This document shows, in pieces, positions 26,978-40,700 of a DNA stretch of 64,000 nt. Positions within the stretch are counted from its first letter, which is position 1, and each line of letters starts with the position of its first letter. The stretch comes from Azolla caroliniana (lineage: Eukaryota > Plantae > Polypodiophyta): the NCBI GenBank assembly GCA_043228905.1, contig JBHGNT010000002.1, forward strand, positions 16,926,001-16,990,000, written 5' to 3'. The position numbers and the translations under genes were made by a program. Under the pieces are notes generated by a model. It had not been told where the DNA came from. It ran no database searches and saw nothing but the letters and a program-made list of their open reading frames with translations.

Positions 26978-29900
26978 TATTTGTATAAAGCAACATTGCA
27001 TCGTGAAGTAAGGCTTTAAGAATGCAAATCCACAAAAAGATAAATGCATATGACTTGCATGTTACTAAGATAGTATTCATTCAAATAGTATTAGTGAATT
27101 ATATAATTATAAAGGACATATATGTAATAAATGTAAAGGTAATATTAATGATTTAACATGAAGTATCATGAAAGTTATAGTGCTGACCTTGCAACAAAAG
27201 GGCAAGGGCTCAAAACTACTTTGGCATGACGCTATTGCCACTATGTTTTATTCCAATGAGTTTAAGTATCGCTTGAACTATGTTGAAAGTATCCAAGATT
27301 GTAATAAAGTTCGACCTTAATAAAAGAAAGGTTCTACATACTTCATTACGGATATCTCTTATTTGTGTTCCATTACATTAATCGTAATCTTCGCGACATT
27401 GTACGATTGAAGTCTAGCAATTAGAATTGTGATATAGGTGGTGTTGGCTGTTAAGAAAATATGTTCAATATACTTATGTTTATGTCTGACAATATTAAGT
27501 CCTCTCATTTTTAGTCATTGTTAGATTATATTTGATTGTTTATCATCAAGGAATAGGGCAATTTTGACTTATGTGACCAAATAATCGTATCATATTGTAT
27601 GTGATTCCTTCATAAGAAAGGGGGTTTTGTTTTTTTGGAAAAAAAAGAAAAAAAGAAAAAGAAAGAAAGGGGGTTTTGAATATGTATTAAACACTCTCTA
27701 CATGAAAATAATGCATGGACATGTGTTCTCACCCTTATTGATGAAGATTTCAATATGACTCTTAAATGATCATATTCTTATAATAAGTCATCATACTTCT
27801 TCATCTTGTTGTTATTGAGGTTCAAATGCAGTAACATCCCCTTGACGGTGAGTCGTCTGAGTGAGGGTGTCAATCTCTCTTGGATGTACCAATGAATTAA
27901 TTAATTAGTCCACTTAAGTAGATCAATTACTATGTTCATTCTTTCTCTCAACATAAACCATTTTAAAAGAAGTGAAATTTTACTTCATTATAGTTAATCA
28001 CTTAATTAAGTAATCCCATATTAGCCAACAAGTGAAGGATGCATATACCTATACTATTAAATAAATAGGCAAGCCTACCACTCTCTTACAATGGAGCGGA
28101 GCTTAAGCACTTAAGGTAAAAGCTTAATGCTTAAACTTAGATTAAGGAAGAGAATCAAAGTTTAAGATGAGAGAGAGAAAGAAGACAAAAGCTTTAGATC
28201 CAAAATAAAAAAGTGAAAAAGAATTAAAAGGTTTATAATTTCATATTATACTACTTATACATTTACAATAATTAAATTTATGTCCCTTTTGTATAAGGGC
28301 TATTTGCTCAGTTTTCTCTTGTTTGTCTCCCTTTTGTGAAAATTTCCCCACAAAACACTTTATATGGGTGTCAATGTGAACGACCATGACAATCAAAGGT
28401 ATAAGCAGGTAGTGTATGGCAAATACTTACCATTTGTTAGGGAAATGAAGATTGTGATAACATCTAGGAAGACGTCGTTGACCCTTGTGTCATTTTCCAC
28501 TAAATTCAAGGCAAAAGAGATAGTTGGTGACAATGTGTTGGGAGTTACCCATATGGAAGATTTCAAGAAAAAGAATATTATGAATGATTGAGTATTCATG
28601 AAGCTTTCGCTTTCCCAAGTAGTGCCACCTTGGCGATGGGATCAAGTGGAGCAGAGTGATCAACATGAAACATGAATTTCAAGCCTAGAAAACCATCATA
28701 AAACTTGGTCATGATAATATCATCCCCAACACCTCATACTCCATAATGGAGTGGTGATTTTCTGCCTTTTAGAGAGTCAAAAACTCCAATAGAACACTAG
28801 ATGATACTTTTTGGGTTCATACAACTACATATGCTTGTTGTCAATTGTGATGTTGGGGTATCAAGAAAAATGTCGAGCTCCTAATTCTCTATCAATGGAT
28901 AGTATGACTGGGGTCTTGGAAAGGTGGACCTTGAGTGCTTGAAATGTTTTTTCCTCCATGGCCTTTCAGTGATCGAGGTGTGATGAACCACAATATGAGG
29001 TTTGTCACAATGTAAGCGAGGGATCAATCATATGACTATGCTTGTGGACATTGTCCAAAAAACAAGATCAAGAAAGGCAGACTGAGAGAGTGAGACAGAG
29101 ATCTATAGAGGCACACAACACACTATAACTGTATTATTCAAGAAGTTACAATACAAAGAATGGCGGTTGTCACTTACAAACTAGTTACAAGATCGGTTAT
29201 ATACTAACTTATCTAGGCCAAGTTCCCTTTGAATATATTACAAATATGTCATGTTCTAGTTTGTCCAAATGGGACAATGTGAATACGGCCATTATATCCC
29301 CTTATTTGACACTCCCCCTATAATGAGTATTGTATACATCAAAGAATATGTAACAAAGAACCAAGTACAGATTATACAAAGAGATACTTACCCTAGTCGG
29401 CACCGGTCGAAATTGCTGAATCGACGTGGACCAAATAACTAGAGTCGAGTCGGTTGGTCCAAAAAACAAAAGTTGAATCAACTTCTCAAATGATGAATGC
29501 CGAATGCCGAAGTCATCTCTGTGTCCGAATCTCTCGGGCCAAAATCTCAATGCCCAAGCCAACTAGACCAGTTCCCCTTACGCCCATATGGTGCCTTAAT
29601 GATTAGAATCGGTTAGTCGAAAGACACTTGGTCATCCTGTCCACAACATTGTCAACCGTAAAGATCTTCTCTAAGTCAAGCTTTCCTTTGGTTACACAAT
29701 CCCAAACAAAGTGATATTGAACTTCGATATGCTTCGGGGCGTTGTGTGGTGTTGCAGATTCTTTGACAACACAATGACTCCTGAACTGTCGCTATAGACA
29801 ATTGGAGCTGAATTGGGATCGGCTTGCCGAAACTTACAAGCCAACCGATTGAGCGATAAAGCTTCTTTCGTCGCTTCGGACGCGGCTACATATTTGGCCT

Positions 29901-30662
29901 TGGTCATTGAGGTGGTTGTGCACTCCTGAAGTTTTGATTTCCATGATATTGCTCTATTGCCGAATCGGAATAGATATCTGGTTGTAAACTTTCAGTTGTC
30001 TAGACAACCAACAAAGTCTGAGTCGATGTAGCTGACGACACCTGAGATCTTGTTCGGGCCGAATAGGATTCCAAGGTCTTGTGTGCTCACCAGGTATTTG
30101 AATATATGCTTGATTGTGTTCCAATGTTGTTGGCTAGGATTGTGCATAAATTTGTTGACGACTCCTACTACATGAGCTATATTTGGCCTTGTCATGACCA
30201 TTGTGTACATCAAGGAGCCGACTACTGGTGCATACGGTACCGACTTCATGATTCCCCCCTCCGGAACGGATGTTGGATAGTCTCACTAAGATAGTCAAAG
30301 GCTAATGGGGAGCGGGGTCGAAGCAGATTTGGTCGACTACATGTTGAAGCGCTCTAAGACACTTCTGATGTAGTCAGTTTAAGACAAGAACAATTGTCAT
30401 TGACTATGGAGCCGACCAATCTTCATTCCAAGGATGTGTTGAGCTGAACCTAAGTCCTTCATTGAGAACTTCAATTACAGTTGCCGAACAAGTTTGGCAA
30501 GTTCTTTGGCATGCCAACTGGAGAGAGCATATCATCCACATATAGGATGTGGAAGATGGGTGATCCATCTTGAGCCGTTTTCATAAAAAGGTAGTGGTTC
30601 TCATCGCTCTTAAAGAAGCCGATCAACTATATGAAGTCATTGAATTTCTTGTACCACTGACT

Positions 30663-31084
30663 TGTTGAGAAGCAAGCTCAACAAAGGTATGTGATGCTTA
30701 TTGAGAAATAAGCTATAGTAGTTATTAGCTAATTAGCTACTAGTGGACATAAAGGTGAAACAACTATTTAGCTACTGACAACTATTTAGCTATAGACAAC
30801 TAATTAGCTATTGACAGCTAATTAGCTGCATATATAAGTCACTTATGTACTTAGGTAAAAAGTAAGTTGTAGTAAGTAGAAGAGTGAGAGTAGTGTAGAG
30901 AGTAAGAACAGACAAACAGAAAACAAACGAGAGCAAGTTGAGCTCTGCGTGTAATGAAGTAGAAGTTTTTTGGACTGTGCAAAGGTAATTCTCCTTCCCC
31001 TTCCCCTTTCTGTCTTGAGGACTAAACGATCCAACACATCACGATCCGTTGTGCATACAGAAGAGTTGTAGCGCCTTCGTAACA
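30663..31084 (+). repeat. 5' LTR of Copia E
   Basis: TGTTGAGAAG...CGTAACA followed by a Met PBS. Confidence 0.93.
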
Positions 31085-34000
31085 TGGTATCAGAGCAGAG
31101 TTGCTCGTAAAGAAGATTAGAACAGTACAGAGATTTGAGAAGTCTGTTTCTGGTTGCTGATCTGAATCAGAGAGAGCTTTTTGTGAAGTTAACCCTAATT
31201 GAAAGAGAAAATGGTTGCAGAGAATGCAAGCCAAATAGTCACAGAAAAATTAGATAAAAACAATTTCCCGGCGTGGAAATTCAAAATGACAAACTTCCTT
31301 ATGGGGAAAGGATACTAGGATTATATTGAAGGAGACCTAGAAGAGGCTCCAGAGATCCCTGAAGAAAATGCATCTGCTGTACAGATAAAAGCATTTAAGG
31401 AATGGAACCAAGGGGCAAGAAACGTATTGCATTGGTTGTCACTTAGCATCTCGGATTTGATGCTTGGACACATATAGGATGCTATGCTTCCAAAAGAAGC
31501 TTAGGACAGTTTAGTAAAACTGTTTGCAGTGAATACAAAGGCAAGAAAGCTTCAGTTGAAGATTGAGCTAAATACCTTGGAAAAAGGTAAGATGTCAGTA
31601 AATGAGTATGCTCTAAAAATAAAGAGCATATGTGAATCACTTGCTTCTATTAATGTGAAGATAGAAGATGATGATAAGGTGAAAATATGCTTAAGAGGCT
31701 TAGGACATCAATACAAGAGTTTCAAAACATCTATTCTCACAAGGGATAATATCCCAAGTTTTCCAGATCTGGTTTCAATGCTTGTAGTAGAAGAAAGAAA
31801 TCAAATGGATGATGTAAACAAAGGAAATCCAGATAATGAGGGGCAAGCCCTCCACAATAGTGCTGGAAGAGGCCGAGGAAGAGGCCATGGAAGATTTGGT
31901 TCAGCTAGAACCAACAATAATTATCAAGGAAGAGGACAACAAGCCATTAGTGGAAGAAACAACATCAAAGGCAGGGGGAGCAATCAAGGAAGCGGTAAGC
32001 AAACCTATTTGAATGATGATGGTTGTTGGTCTTGTGGAAAACCAGGCCACACACAGGCTGAATGCTCTAAAAAGCAAAATGATGAGAAAAGAGGGAAGAG
32101 ACAACAAAATAATTATGCCTCAACTAGTGAAGACTGTGATAAAGATGGTGCATTTGTGATGCAAGATGAAACAACAGTAGTGGCTGAATGTTCACAGAGA
32201 TGTAATGAAGAGTTTATGTGGTATGTAGATTATGGGGCATCTAATCATATGACAGGACATAAAAACTGGTTTGAAAGTCTAAGAGAACCAAATATTCCTG
32301 GTTATGAACAAACAGGTGATAATACTACTCACCAAATAGAGCATGTTGGAGATATCCCATTGTGGGAAGAAAAAGGAAAAACAAAGTATATGTTGAATGT
32401 TATGCATGTTCCAAACCTTGCAAAAAATCTTATTTCTGTTGGAAAGATAGTAGAGCAAGGAATGCAGGTTAAGTTTAAGCAAAGTGGATGCTTCATAGAG
32501 AAAAATGAAAGCTCATTGCAAAAGGAAAACGAGAAGGAAGGATGTTTGTGTTAGATGTGGATATGCCTAAGAAGATTACAGTCATGTTTGCAGAAGGAAT
32601 GAGTGTAATCTCAGATGTGGAAATGTGGCATAAAAGAATCGGTCACATAAGCATGCAAACTTTGAAAAATATGTTGAGGAAAGATGTAGTGGCTGGACTG
32701 CCTAAGTTGAAAGACTGTGAGATGGGAGAAATATGTGAAGCATGTCAATATGGAAAGCAAAACAGGTGGCCTTTCCCTCATGAAAGACATGTAAGCCAAA
32801 ATTTGTTGGATTTGGTACATACAGATGTATGGGGACCAACAAAAAATGCATCAATTAGTGGATGTAAGTTTTATGTAACTTTCATTGATGATTGCTCAAG
32901 GAAAACATGGGTTTACTTCATGAAAGAAAAAAATGAAGTATTTGATTGTTTTTGTACGTTTAAATGCATGGTAGAAAAGCATGTTGGAACTAGAATAAAA
33001 TGCCTAAGATCTGATTGAGGAGGAGAATACTTCTCAAATGAGTTTTCTAAGATTCTATGTAATCAAGGGATAAGGAGACAGTTTACATGTAGATATACTC
33101 CACAACAAAATGGAGTTACTGAGAGAAAAAACAAAACTCTGGTGAACATAGCAAGAGCCATGATGACAGAAAAAATATGCCATTGTATTATTGGGCAGAA
33201 GCTGTAAACACAGCAAACTATATCCTAAATAGATGTATAACATCTGGAGTACATGAAGTAACTCCTGAAGAATGTTTCTATGGCAGAAAGCTGAGTTTAG
33301 GACACTTAAAAGTGTTTGGATGCCTTGCCTATGTCCATGTACCTGCTGAAGTGAGAAGTAAGCTTGATCCAAAAGCCGAAAAATGTAATTTTGTTGGATA
33401 TTCACAGGAGCAAAAAGGGTATAAATGCTATAACCCTTTGACAAAAAAGATTGTGGTAAGTCGGGATGTAATATTTGATGACTTGGGCAGCTGGTACAAC
33501 CCAAAACAAAATGTAGAAACTGATGAAGTCTATGAAAATGAAGATAGGGATAAATCTGAAAATGTAAGAGATAACCATAGAGATGGAAACAATGTTGGAC
33601 AACAAAGTTCCACATCAATGGAATGTACTGGACCATCTAGAAGCTCAGGTAGTAAATCTGAATCTAATGCATGGAGTGGAAAACATGCAAGACACAAAAA
33701 ATATGATGATAAAAAGGGAAAAGAGAAGATGCTAGAATATGAAATGCTTGATGATGGGTCTAGAAACATGGAAGATGAGCTTGGTATAGGAGCCTTGAAA
33801 ATCCCTAGTATGGAAAAAGCAACGAAGGATGCAAATCAGAAACTGAGAAGATCAGATAGAGAGAAAAAGACTGTTGAAAGATTTGGCTATGACACATATA
33901 TGGCTATGCATTATGCATACATGTCTAAAGTGGTACAAATCCCTGATCCATAGAACTTTGATGAAGCAAAAGCTGAGAAAAAATGGGTGAATGCAATGCA

Positions 34001-35426
34001 AGAAGAAATAGATGCATTGGCTAAAAACAGAACATGGGATTTGGTAAAGTTACCAAAAGGAAAAAATGTGGTAGGTTGCAAATGGGTGTACAAAACAAAG
34101 CATGATTCCAATGGAAATGTCAGTAGACATAAAGTAGGACTTGTGGCAAAGGGATATGCCCAAATGCACGGAATTGATTATGATGAAACATTTGCATCGG
34201 TTGCAAAGATGGCAACCTTGAGAACACTACTTGTTGTGAGTGCAGCCAAAAGATGGGTTCTGCACCATATGGATGTAAAAAATGTTTTTTTACATGGTAA
34301 CTTAGAAGAAGAAGTGTACATGTGTCAACCACCAGGTTTGGAAGATAGGAAGCATCCTGAATATGTTTGTAAGCTGAAAAAGGCTCTCTATGGACTGAAA
34401 CAAGCATCGAGAGCATGGCACAGAGAACTTTCAGAATCTCTGAAAAAATTTGCTTTCAAAATGTCAAAGGCTGATCCATCATTATATGTAAAGAAGATAA
34501 ATGATTGCATTGTTGTGATCTTGATATATGTTGATGATCTAATCATTGGAGGTGATTTTATGGAAGAGATAAGTAAGTTGAAGAAAAGTCTGGAAATGCA
34601 ATTTCAGATGAAGGATTTGGGAGATCTGAGATACTTTCTTGGCATTGAGATTATCAGATCTGAGAGTGGTATATATATGTTGCAAAGTGGCTAAGACTAA
34701 AGTGGCAAATAAATCAACCTAGCACGCCATCGTCTCGAAATCCATGACGATGGGCAAAGAAAAAACAATAAATACTCTAATAGATGATGGGCTAAAAAAG
34801 ATCAAGAATTAAGTAGACAATTACCTTAAACCGTTCCTAGAGAAAATTAATAAGGAAAACCCCAACACACATCCCAAAAACGGGGGCACAAGGACACACA
34901 AAACATCAAATTCATCCTCCATTGCCCCCACCTCCTTCTTAAGGACCCAGTCCTTTATCCCAAGTTATGGACAAAGCTATGCTTATCCCGTACCACCCAC
35001 ACAACCCATACCCCCCACGTACCCTATATTTGTCCTGATGAATGTACCACCACCTACCTCCCTACCCCCACCTATGAAACAATCAATGTCTCACTTTGAG
35101 ACCATCAAATCCACCACACGGTCCTATCCTCGACTCTCAATCCCTCGACCCCCAGTTCCACGACCCACGACCCACGACCCACGCCTTACCCCCGGCCCCC
35201 AGTCAAACAACCTACTCCTCATCCCCGGCCCCCGGGCCCCAGTCCCGCAACCCGCACCCAACACACGCACCACGGGACCGAAACTAAATCCTCTACTAGG
35301 AAAATATGTAGGGGTAGACTTAGAAAATTACATTGGTTCCCACTTCTTCAATCATTAACCTACCTCCACATTTTACTAGGAAGGCAAACACCCTCCCAGG
35401 TCAAGAATAGGATCACTAATCACTCA

Positions 35427-35691
35427 TTGCACAACCTTTCCTCTTTCCACCTTCCTCCACCCCAACTCAAACTTCTAAGCTTAGGTCTAGACTTTATTCC
35501 CCCACCCCAACCTATTAGAAAACAACAATTGATAGACGTCGTTGTATCCTTGGATAGAACTTACCGCCTCAGATATTTCTTTAGAAATTCTACTAACATT
35601 ATCTCTCCATTTAGAATATTGAACCCCAGTTGGAATCCCCCAACCGTGCCAAAAATCACACAAACCATCATATCTATCACCTCTGCCTTCT
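35427..35691 (+). pseudogene. PLE ORF N-terminal conserved region, truncated by the inverted pseudo-LTR
   Basis: NLS..L...LLSLGLDFIP...RLRYFF...SWNPP, typical of the region upstream of PLE RTs. Confidence 0.8.
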
Positions 35692-36715
35692 TAAGATTGC
35701 TTAAAGTGTGCGGCACTTCATCGGGGGTTGTTTGGGGTGGACTCAAGTTTAGATCTTATTTGTATGTCTAAACATAAGTAGTGATATAGTTTTAGAAGAA
35801 TAGAAAAGTGAGGGCGTGGGTGGGGTTAGGGGAGTGTAGCTTGTTGAAGATATCAAAAGTATTTAAACCTAATCAAAGTTTTTAGAACATATTAAAGATC
35901 ATTGGGACAACTTAAGTTATTAGACACCAATAAAGTATTATTAAAACACCAATATAGAGTATTATTACAACGGGACCACACGCTTAGATGAAAGGGAGTT
36001 GTTTAAACACATGCTTAAGCAAACACTTAAAAGAAAGATTGTTATAAAAATAAATAAAAATAAAAATAGAAAAGAGAGATTGAGATTAAAAAATGATTAT
36101 GGTTAAGAAGGGATTATGATTAAGGGGGAAGGGGTTGCTAAAACAAAGTACTTAAATGAATGTTTAAACAAATACTTAGATAAGAAAACACTTGGGCAAA
36201 CACTTAACGCAAGGTTATGATTAAAAGAGAAGGGAGGGATTATGGTTAAAGAAAAGGGGTCATGGCTAAGAAGAGAATGATTATGATTAAGAGAGGAGAA
36301 TACTTAAACAAATGTTTAAACAAAAAGTTAAACCTAAAAATGATTGAACAAGTACTTCAAAAAAAAGGGGTTAAACAAGTACGTAATAAAAATGATTATT
36401 AAACAAGTACTTAATAGAAAATGATTAAATAAATACTTAAGAACTTAAGACAAAAAAAAATTGATAAAAAAGTGATTAAACAAGTACTTAATAAAAATTG
36501 ATTAAATAAGTACTTAAGAACTTAAGACAAAAAATTAGATAAGAGCAACACATAGAAGGAAAGAAAGTTTTACTATCATAAGGCAACGAAGGCAAATGCA
36601 TTTCGCCTCGATGGAGGCTCTTCAGTGCCTGATGTACAAATGATCAATGGGTCTATGATATTGTTATAAGCCTACTAGGTTGCTCTTTTTATAGGGAGAG
36701 GGAGGAGAGTCCTTT
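35692..36715 (-). repeat. PLE pseudo-LTR, inverted copy
   Basis: Reverse complement of 43168-44103 with substitutions and indels. Confidence 0.92.
36590..36630 (-). ncRNA. Minimal type I hammerhead ribozyme with intact core
   Basis: AGGCA-CUGAAGA-GCCUC(CAUC)GAGGC-GAAA-UGCA-UU-UGCCU: 5-bp stem I, 5-bp stem II, palindromic minimal stem III. Confidence 0.85.
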
Positions 36716-37327
36716 CCAAACACCGCAACTACTCTACTACAAACGCCACATCGATGATGCCATAGGAGTTTGGGAAGGCTCCCCCGATATGCTTCACACC
36801 TTCTTACACCAATACGGCGTGCCTCTACAACAACACATCCGTATTGAATCAACAACCTCCCCTAAAGAGATCACCATCTTGGACGTCATCTTCTTCAAAG
36901 GCCCATACTTTAAAGAATTTGGCATCCTCGACACCGCATGCCACCAAAAACCTCTCAATGCCTACATGTAACTCCCGTGGAAATCCTCGCACCCCATAGC
37001 ACACAAAAAGGCTTCATCACGGGAGAACTAAAACGGTATGCTATCCGAGAGAGCTCGGAAAATGGCTACATGGAACTACGCAAAAAGTTCTACGACCACC
37101 TAAGAGCTAGGGGCTACCCGTCAAAGTTCCTACTCAAGTGTTTTTCGACTGTCCCCTACTCCATACGAAACCAACTACTCTCTAACCAACCCAACAACAA
37201 AAAACCTCCACCCATTGTTTTTAAGTTTTGTTACTCCCCATGTATCAAAAAACTCCAAATCGGAGCGCTCGTGAGAAACAAACTTAAACCCCTTCTAGGA
37301 CAACCACAATACAGTTCCCTTACACCC
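36716..37327 (+). pseudogene. PLE RT C-terminal half and thumb (continues at 43000-43071 after the Gypsy insertion)
   Basis: HIDD at the YxDD position; stop and frameshift near 36970-36995; frame restored across the CACCC TSD. Confidence 0.88.
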
Positions 37328-37757
37328 TGTCAGGAATAGTACTAAAACAGAGATGGAATTAGTACTAAGAAGAGTAGTACTATTAGTACTAAGAGGACGG
37401 GACTGCGTAAGATTCCCGAGAGAGAGGAAGTGAGAAGAGGAGAGAGAGAGAGAAAATAGGATGATGACAGCAGCTCTTATATTATATGAAAGATAAGTAC
37501 AAATCGACTAAGAGGCTTAAGACTGGTGTTGAACCAATTTGGTTCAACATAATGCTTAGTGCCTTCTTTTATAGTGTTCTCAGGAATAATCCTGAAGCTT
37601 CTAGAATGTTCCAGAGAAATCTGGAATATACATTACTTTCTTATAATAAAACATAAATGAAAATAATATTCTATGAATTACAATAGATGGTGAGATGGTT
37701 AAGAGCTCGACCCATATACCATAAGGTCATGGGTTCGAGTCTTGCCATCTCATGACA
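37328..37757 (-). repeat. 3' LTR of the chromovirus
   Basis: TGTCAGG...ATGACA; matches 42565-42994. Confidence 0.95.
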
Positions 37758-37768
37758 CTATCTCCCCC

Positions 37769-40700
37769 TTAAAGACGACGAGTGGAACGAGTCAGCGCTA
37801 CTTGCGGACCGGGTTTGTCCGGATACTTTCGGTGGAAATCAGCAAGAAGATCTTGTGCATTGGCAACATTTTCGACGGGTTCCCAAGTACGTTCGCTCGG
37901 ACTATAACCGAGCCAATCGACCAAGTAATAGAGTTTGTTGCGAACAAGTTTGGAATCGAGGATGGCAGCAACTTCATACTCTGGGCCGGCGTCCAACTCC
38001 AGTGGGGGCGGCGGTGGTGTCACACGATCGGGAATGGTGTTTGCTTTATAAGGTTCAAGAAGAGAACAATGGAAAACCGGATGTATCTGAAGCTGCGGAG
38101 GGAGATCAAGGCGGAAGGTGACATCATTAATCTTCCCCGTAATACGGAAAGGACCGAGTCGTCGATAATCCAACTTGTCGCACGGTCGAGTCGTCTTGAT
38201 GTGACGACGTAAGAGCCATACTCGATCTCCGATGGCAAAAGAGGAGGGAATCCGATGACGATCCGCATAAGTCTTCTGTGTGTGTTGAGCATGACGAAGG
38301 TGAGTAGAGAGATCCATCTGGATCTTGCGTAGCCTCTCCAAATGATCCTCGGCACGAGGGTTGGTAGGTAGCTCCGGAGTGTCGATCACCGACCAGCGAG
38401 GATGGAAACCGGTATAAGCGAAAAATGGGGAGACCCGAGTCGAGGAGTGAATAGCATTATTATACGCAAACTCCGCAAAGTGGAGAATCTCGGCCCAATC
38501 GTCCTGTTGATAACTCAGGAAACACCGGAGATATTGCTCCAGCGTTTGGTTTGTTCGTTCCGCCTGTCCGTCGGTCTGAGGATGGTAGCCGGAGGAGAGG
38601 TTGCAGGAGACCTTGAGCATCTTGAAGAGATGCTGCCAAAATTTGGAGACAAATTGCGGGCCTCGGTCACTGATAATACTGTCTGGGAGGCCATGATGCC
38701 GAAAAACCTCACGCATAACAAGAGCGGCGGTTTCCTCGCTAGTGATGGCTTTAGTACATGGCACAAAATGTGCCATCTTCGTATATCGATCGACGACGGT
38801 TAGGATAGCATCGAACCCTTTCGAGACCGGCAGATCTGTGATAAAATCAAGACAAATAGACTGCCATGGCTTACTTGGAATTGGTAAAGGTTCCAACAAG
38901 CCATATGGACGGTGTCGTGGCATCTTTGCTCGGCAGCAAGCATCACAGGTCCGAACGTAGTCGTCGACAAAACGGCGCATGTGGGGCCACCAAAAAGATC
39001 GCTGCACTAGCTCCAACGTCTTAGTACTACCGAAATGTCCCGCCGTATGGGTGTCGTGACAATGTTGGACAATTTGAAGGCGACAGGAGCAATCGGGGAC
39101 ATATACGCGCTTTTTAAAGAATAACAAACCATCATGATATTCGAATTGTCGGTAGTCAATACCTGGTTGTTGAGACTGAGAACAGGATGCCCGAGAAGTA
39201 TCAATGTGCGCCAGGATGTCTTGAGCAAAACTATCCGTCTTCAAGGTTGCACGTATGTCATCGGTAATCCGTGAATCCATCGGGGTGTGAAAAATCCGCG
39301 TCGTGTGCAATCGTGTTGGTCCCAAGATTACTTGCTTTTGATTATCAAATGTTGCTTCACCAGGACGAGGTGCAAGATATGAACGTCGTGATAGTGCATC
39401 TGCTTTTCCTTGCTGCTTCCCCGGTCGATATGTGATTTTGAAGTCGAAACGCGTGAGGAATTGCGCCCACCGAGCTTGCCGTCGATTTAGTACACGAGCG
39501 TTCTGAAAATAAGCAAGATTTTTATGATCGCTGAAGACAATGACCTGATGTGGAGAGCCCTCTAAGAAATGCCGCCATTGTACAAATGAATCCACGATGG
39601 CTAATAACTCCTTGTCATGTATTTCGTAGTTGATTTCTGCGACATCGAATTTGCGCGAATGGAAAGCCACCGGATGCAACTCTTCTTTATCACCTTGTTG
39701 AGAAAGGATGCTACCGAGGGCGAAATCTGATGCGTCGGCCTCCATGATGAATGGTTTGCTTGTATCCACATGAGCTAGAATCGGTGCTGATGTAAAGGCT
39801 TTCTTAAGATGCCGAAAAGCCATATCTGCTTCAATGGACCAAAGAAATGCTTGGCCCTTCTTTGTAAGTTGTGTGAGAGGTAAAATAATCTTCGAGTAAT
39901 CCTGTATAAACTTACGGTAGAAGTTAGCAAAACCTAGAAAACATTGTACATCTCGTACCGACCGTGGAATTTGCCACTCTAGTACAGTTTGGATCTTAGC
40001 TGGATCCATGGCGATGCCCTTTGAGGAGATGACGTAGCCTAGAAATTCCACTTGCTTGCAGTCAAAGCTACATTTTTCTAGCTTGGCATAAAGACCATTC
40101 TCGCGGAGTCGCTTTAGTACTAATAGTACATGAGAGTCGTGCTCTTCCTGGGTCTTCGAATAAATCAACAGATCATCCAGATAAATGATCAAACAGATAT
40201 CCAAGAGGTCTCTGAATATATCATTTGCCATGTGTTGGAAGACTGCGGGTGCATTGGTTAGGCCAAACGGCATAACAGTATACTCAAAATGCCCATACCG
40301 CGTGCGAAAAGCGGTCTTCCACTCATCTCCCGGTCGGATCCGCACGAGATTATACGCTCCGCGTAGGTCGATTTTAGTAAAAAACTTGGCACCATTAACT
40401 CGCTCTAAAAGACTTGATATAAGAGGAAGTGCATACCTATTCCGGATGGTGACTTTATTTAATCCGCGGTAATCAACGACAAGACGAAGTGAGCCATCTT
40501 TCTTCTTGACAAAGAAGATGGGTGCACCGGCCGGAGATTTCGAATGACGGATGAACCCGCTTGCCAAGTTCTCCTCTATGTAGGCTCGAAGGACTTCTAA
40601 CTCGGTGGGTGACAGGTTGTAAATTGGTCCCCATGGTGGCTCGGTTCCTGGTTGTAAATCGATGGGACAGTCATAGGGACGGTGATGAGGAAGGGTACCG

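Noticed and set aside
28364-28760. Possible old integrase remnant (TPH..NGV-like)
   Set aside because: Too degenerate to support without a search.
37681-37752. Functional tRNA genes inside LTRs
   Set aside because: Stems do not give a proper cloverleaf; only the boxes and spacing are kept, so they are reported as tRNA-like modules.
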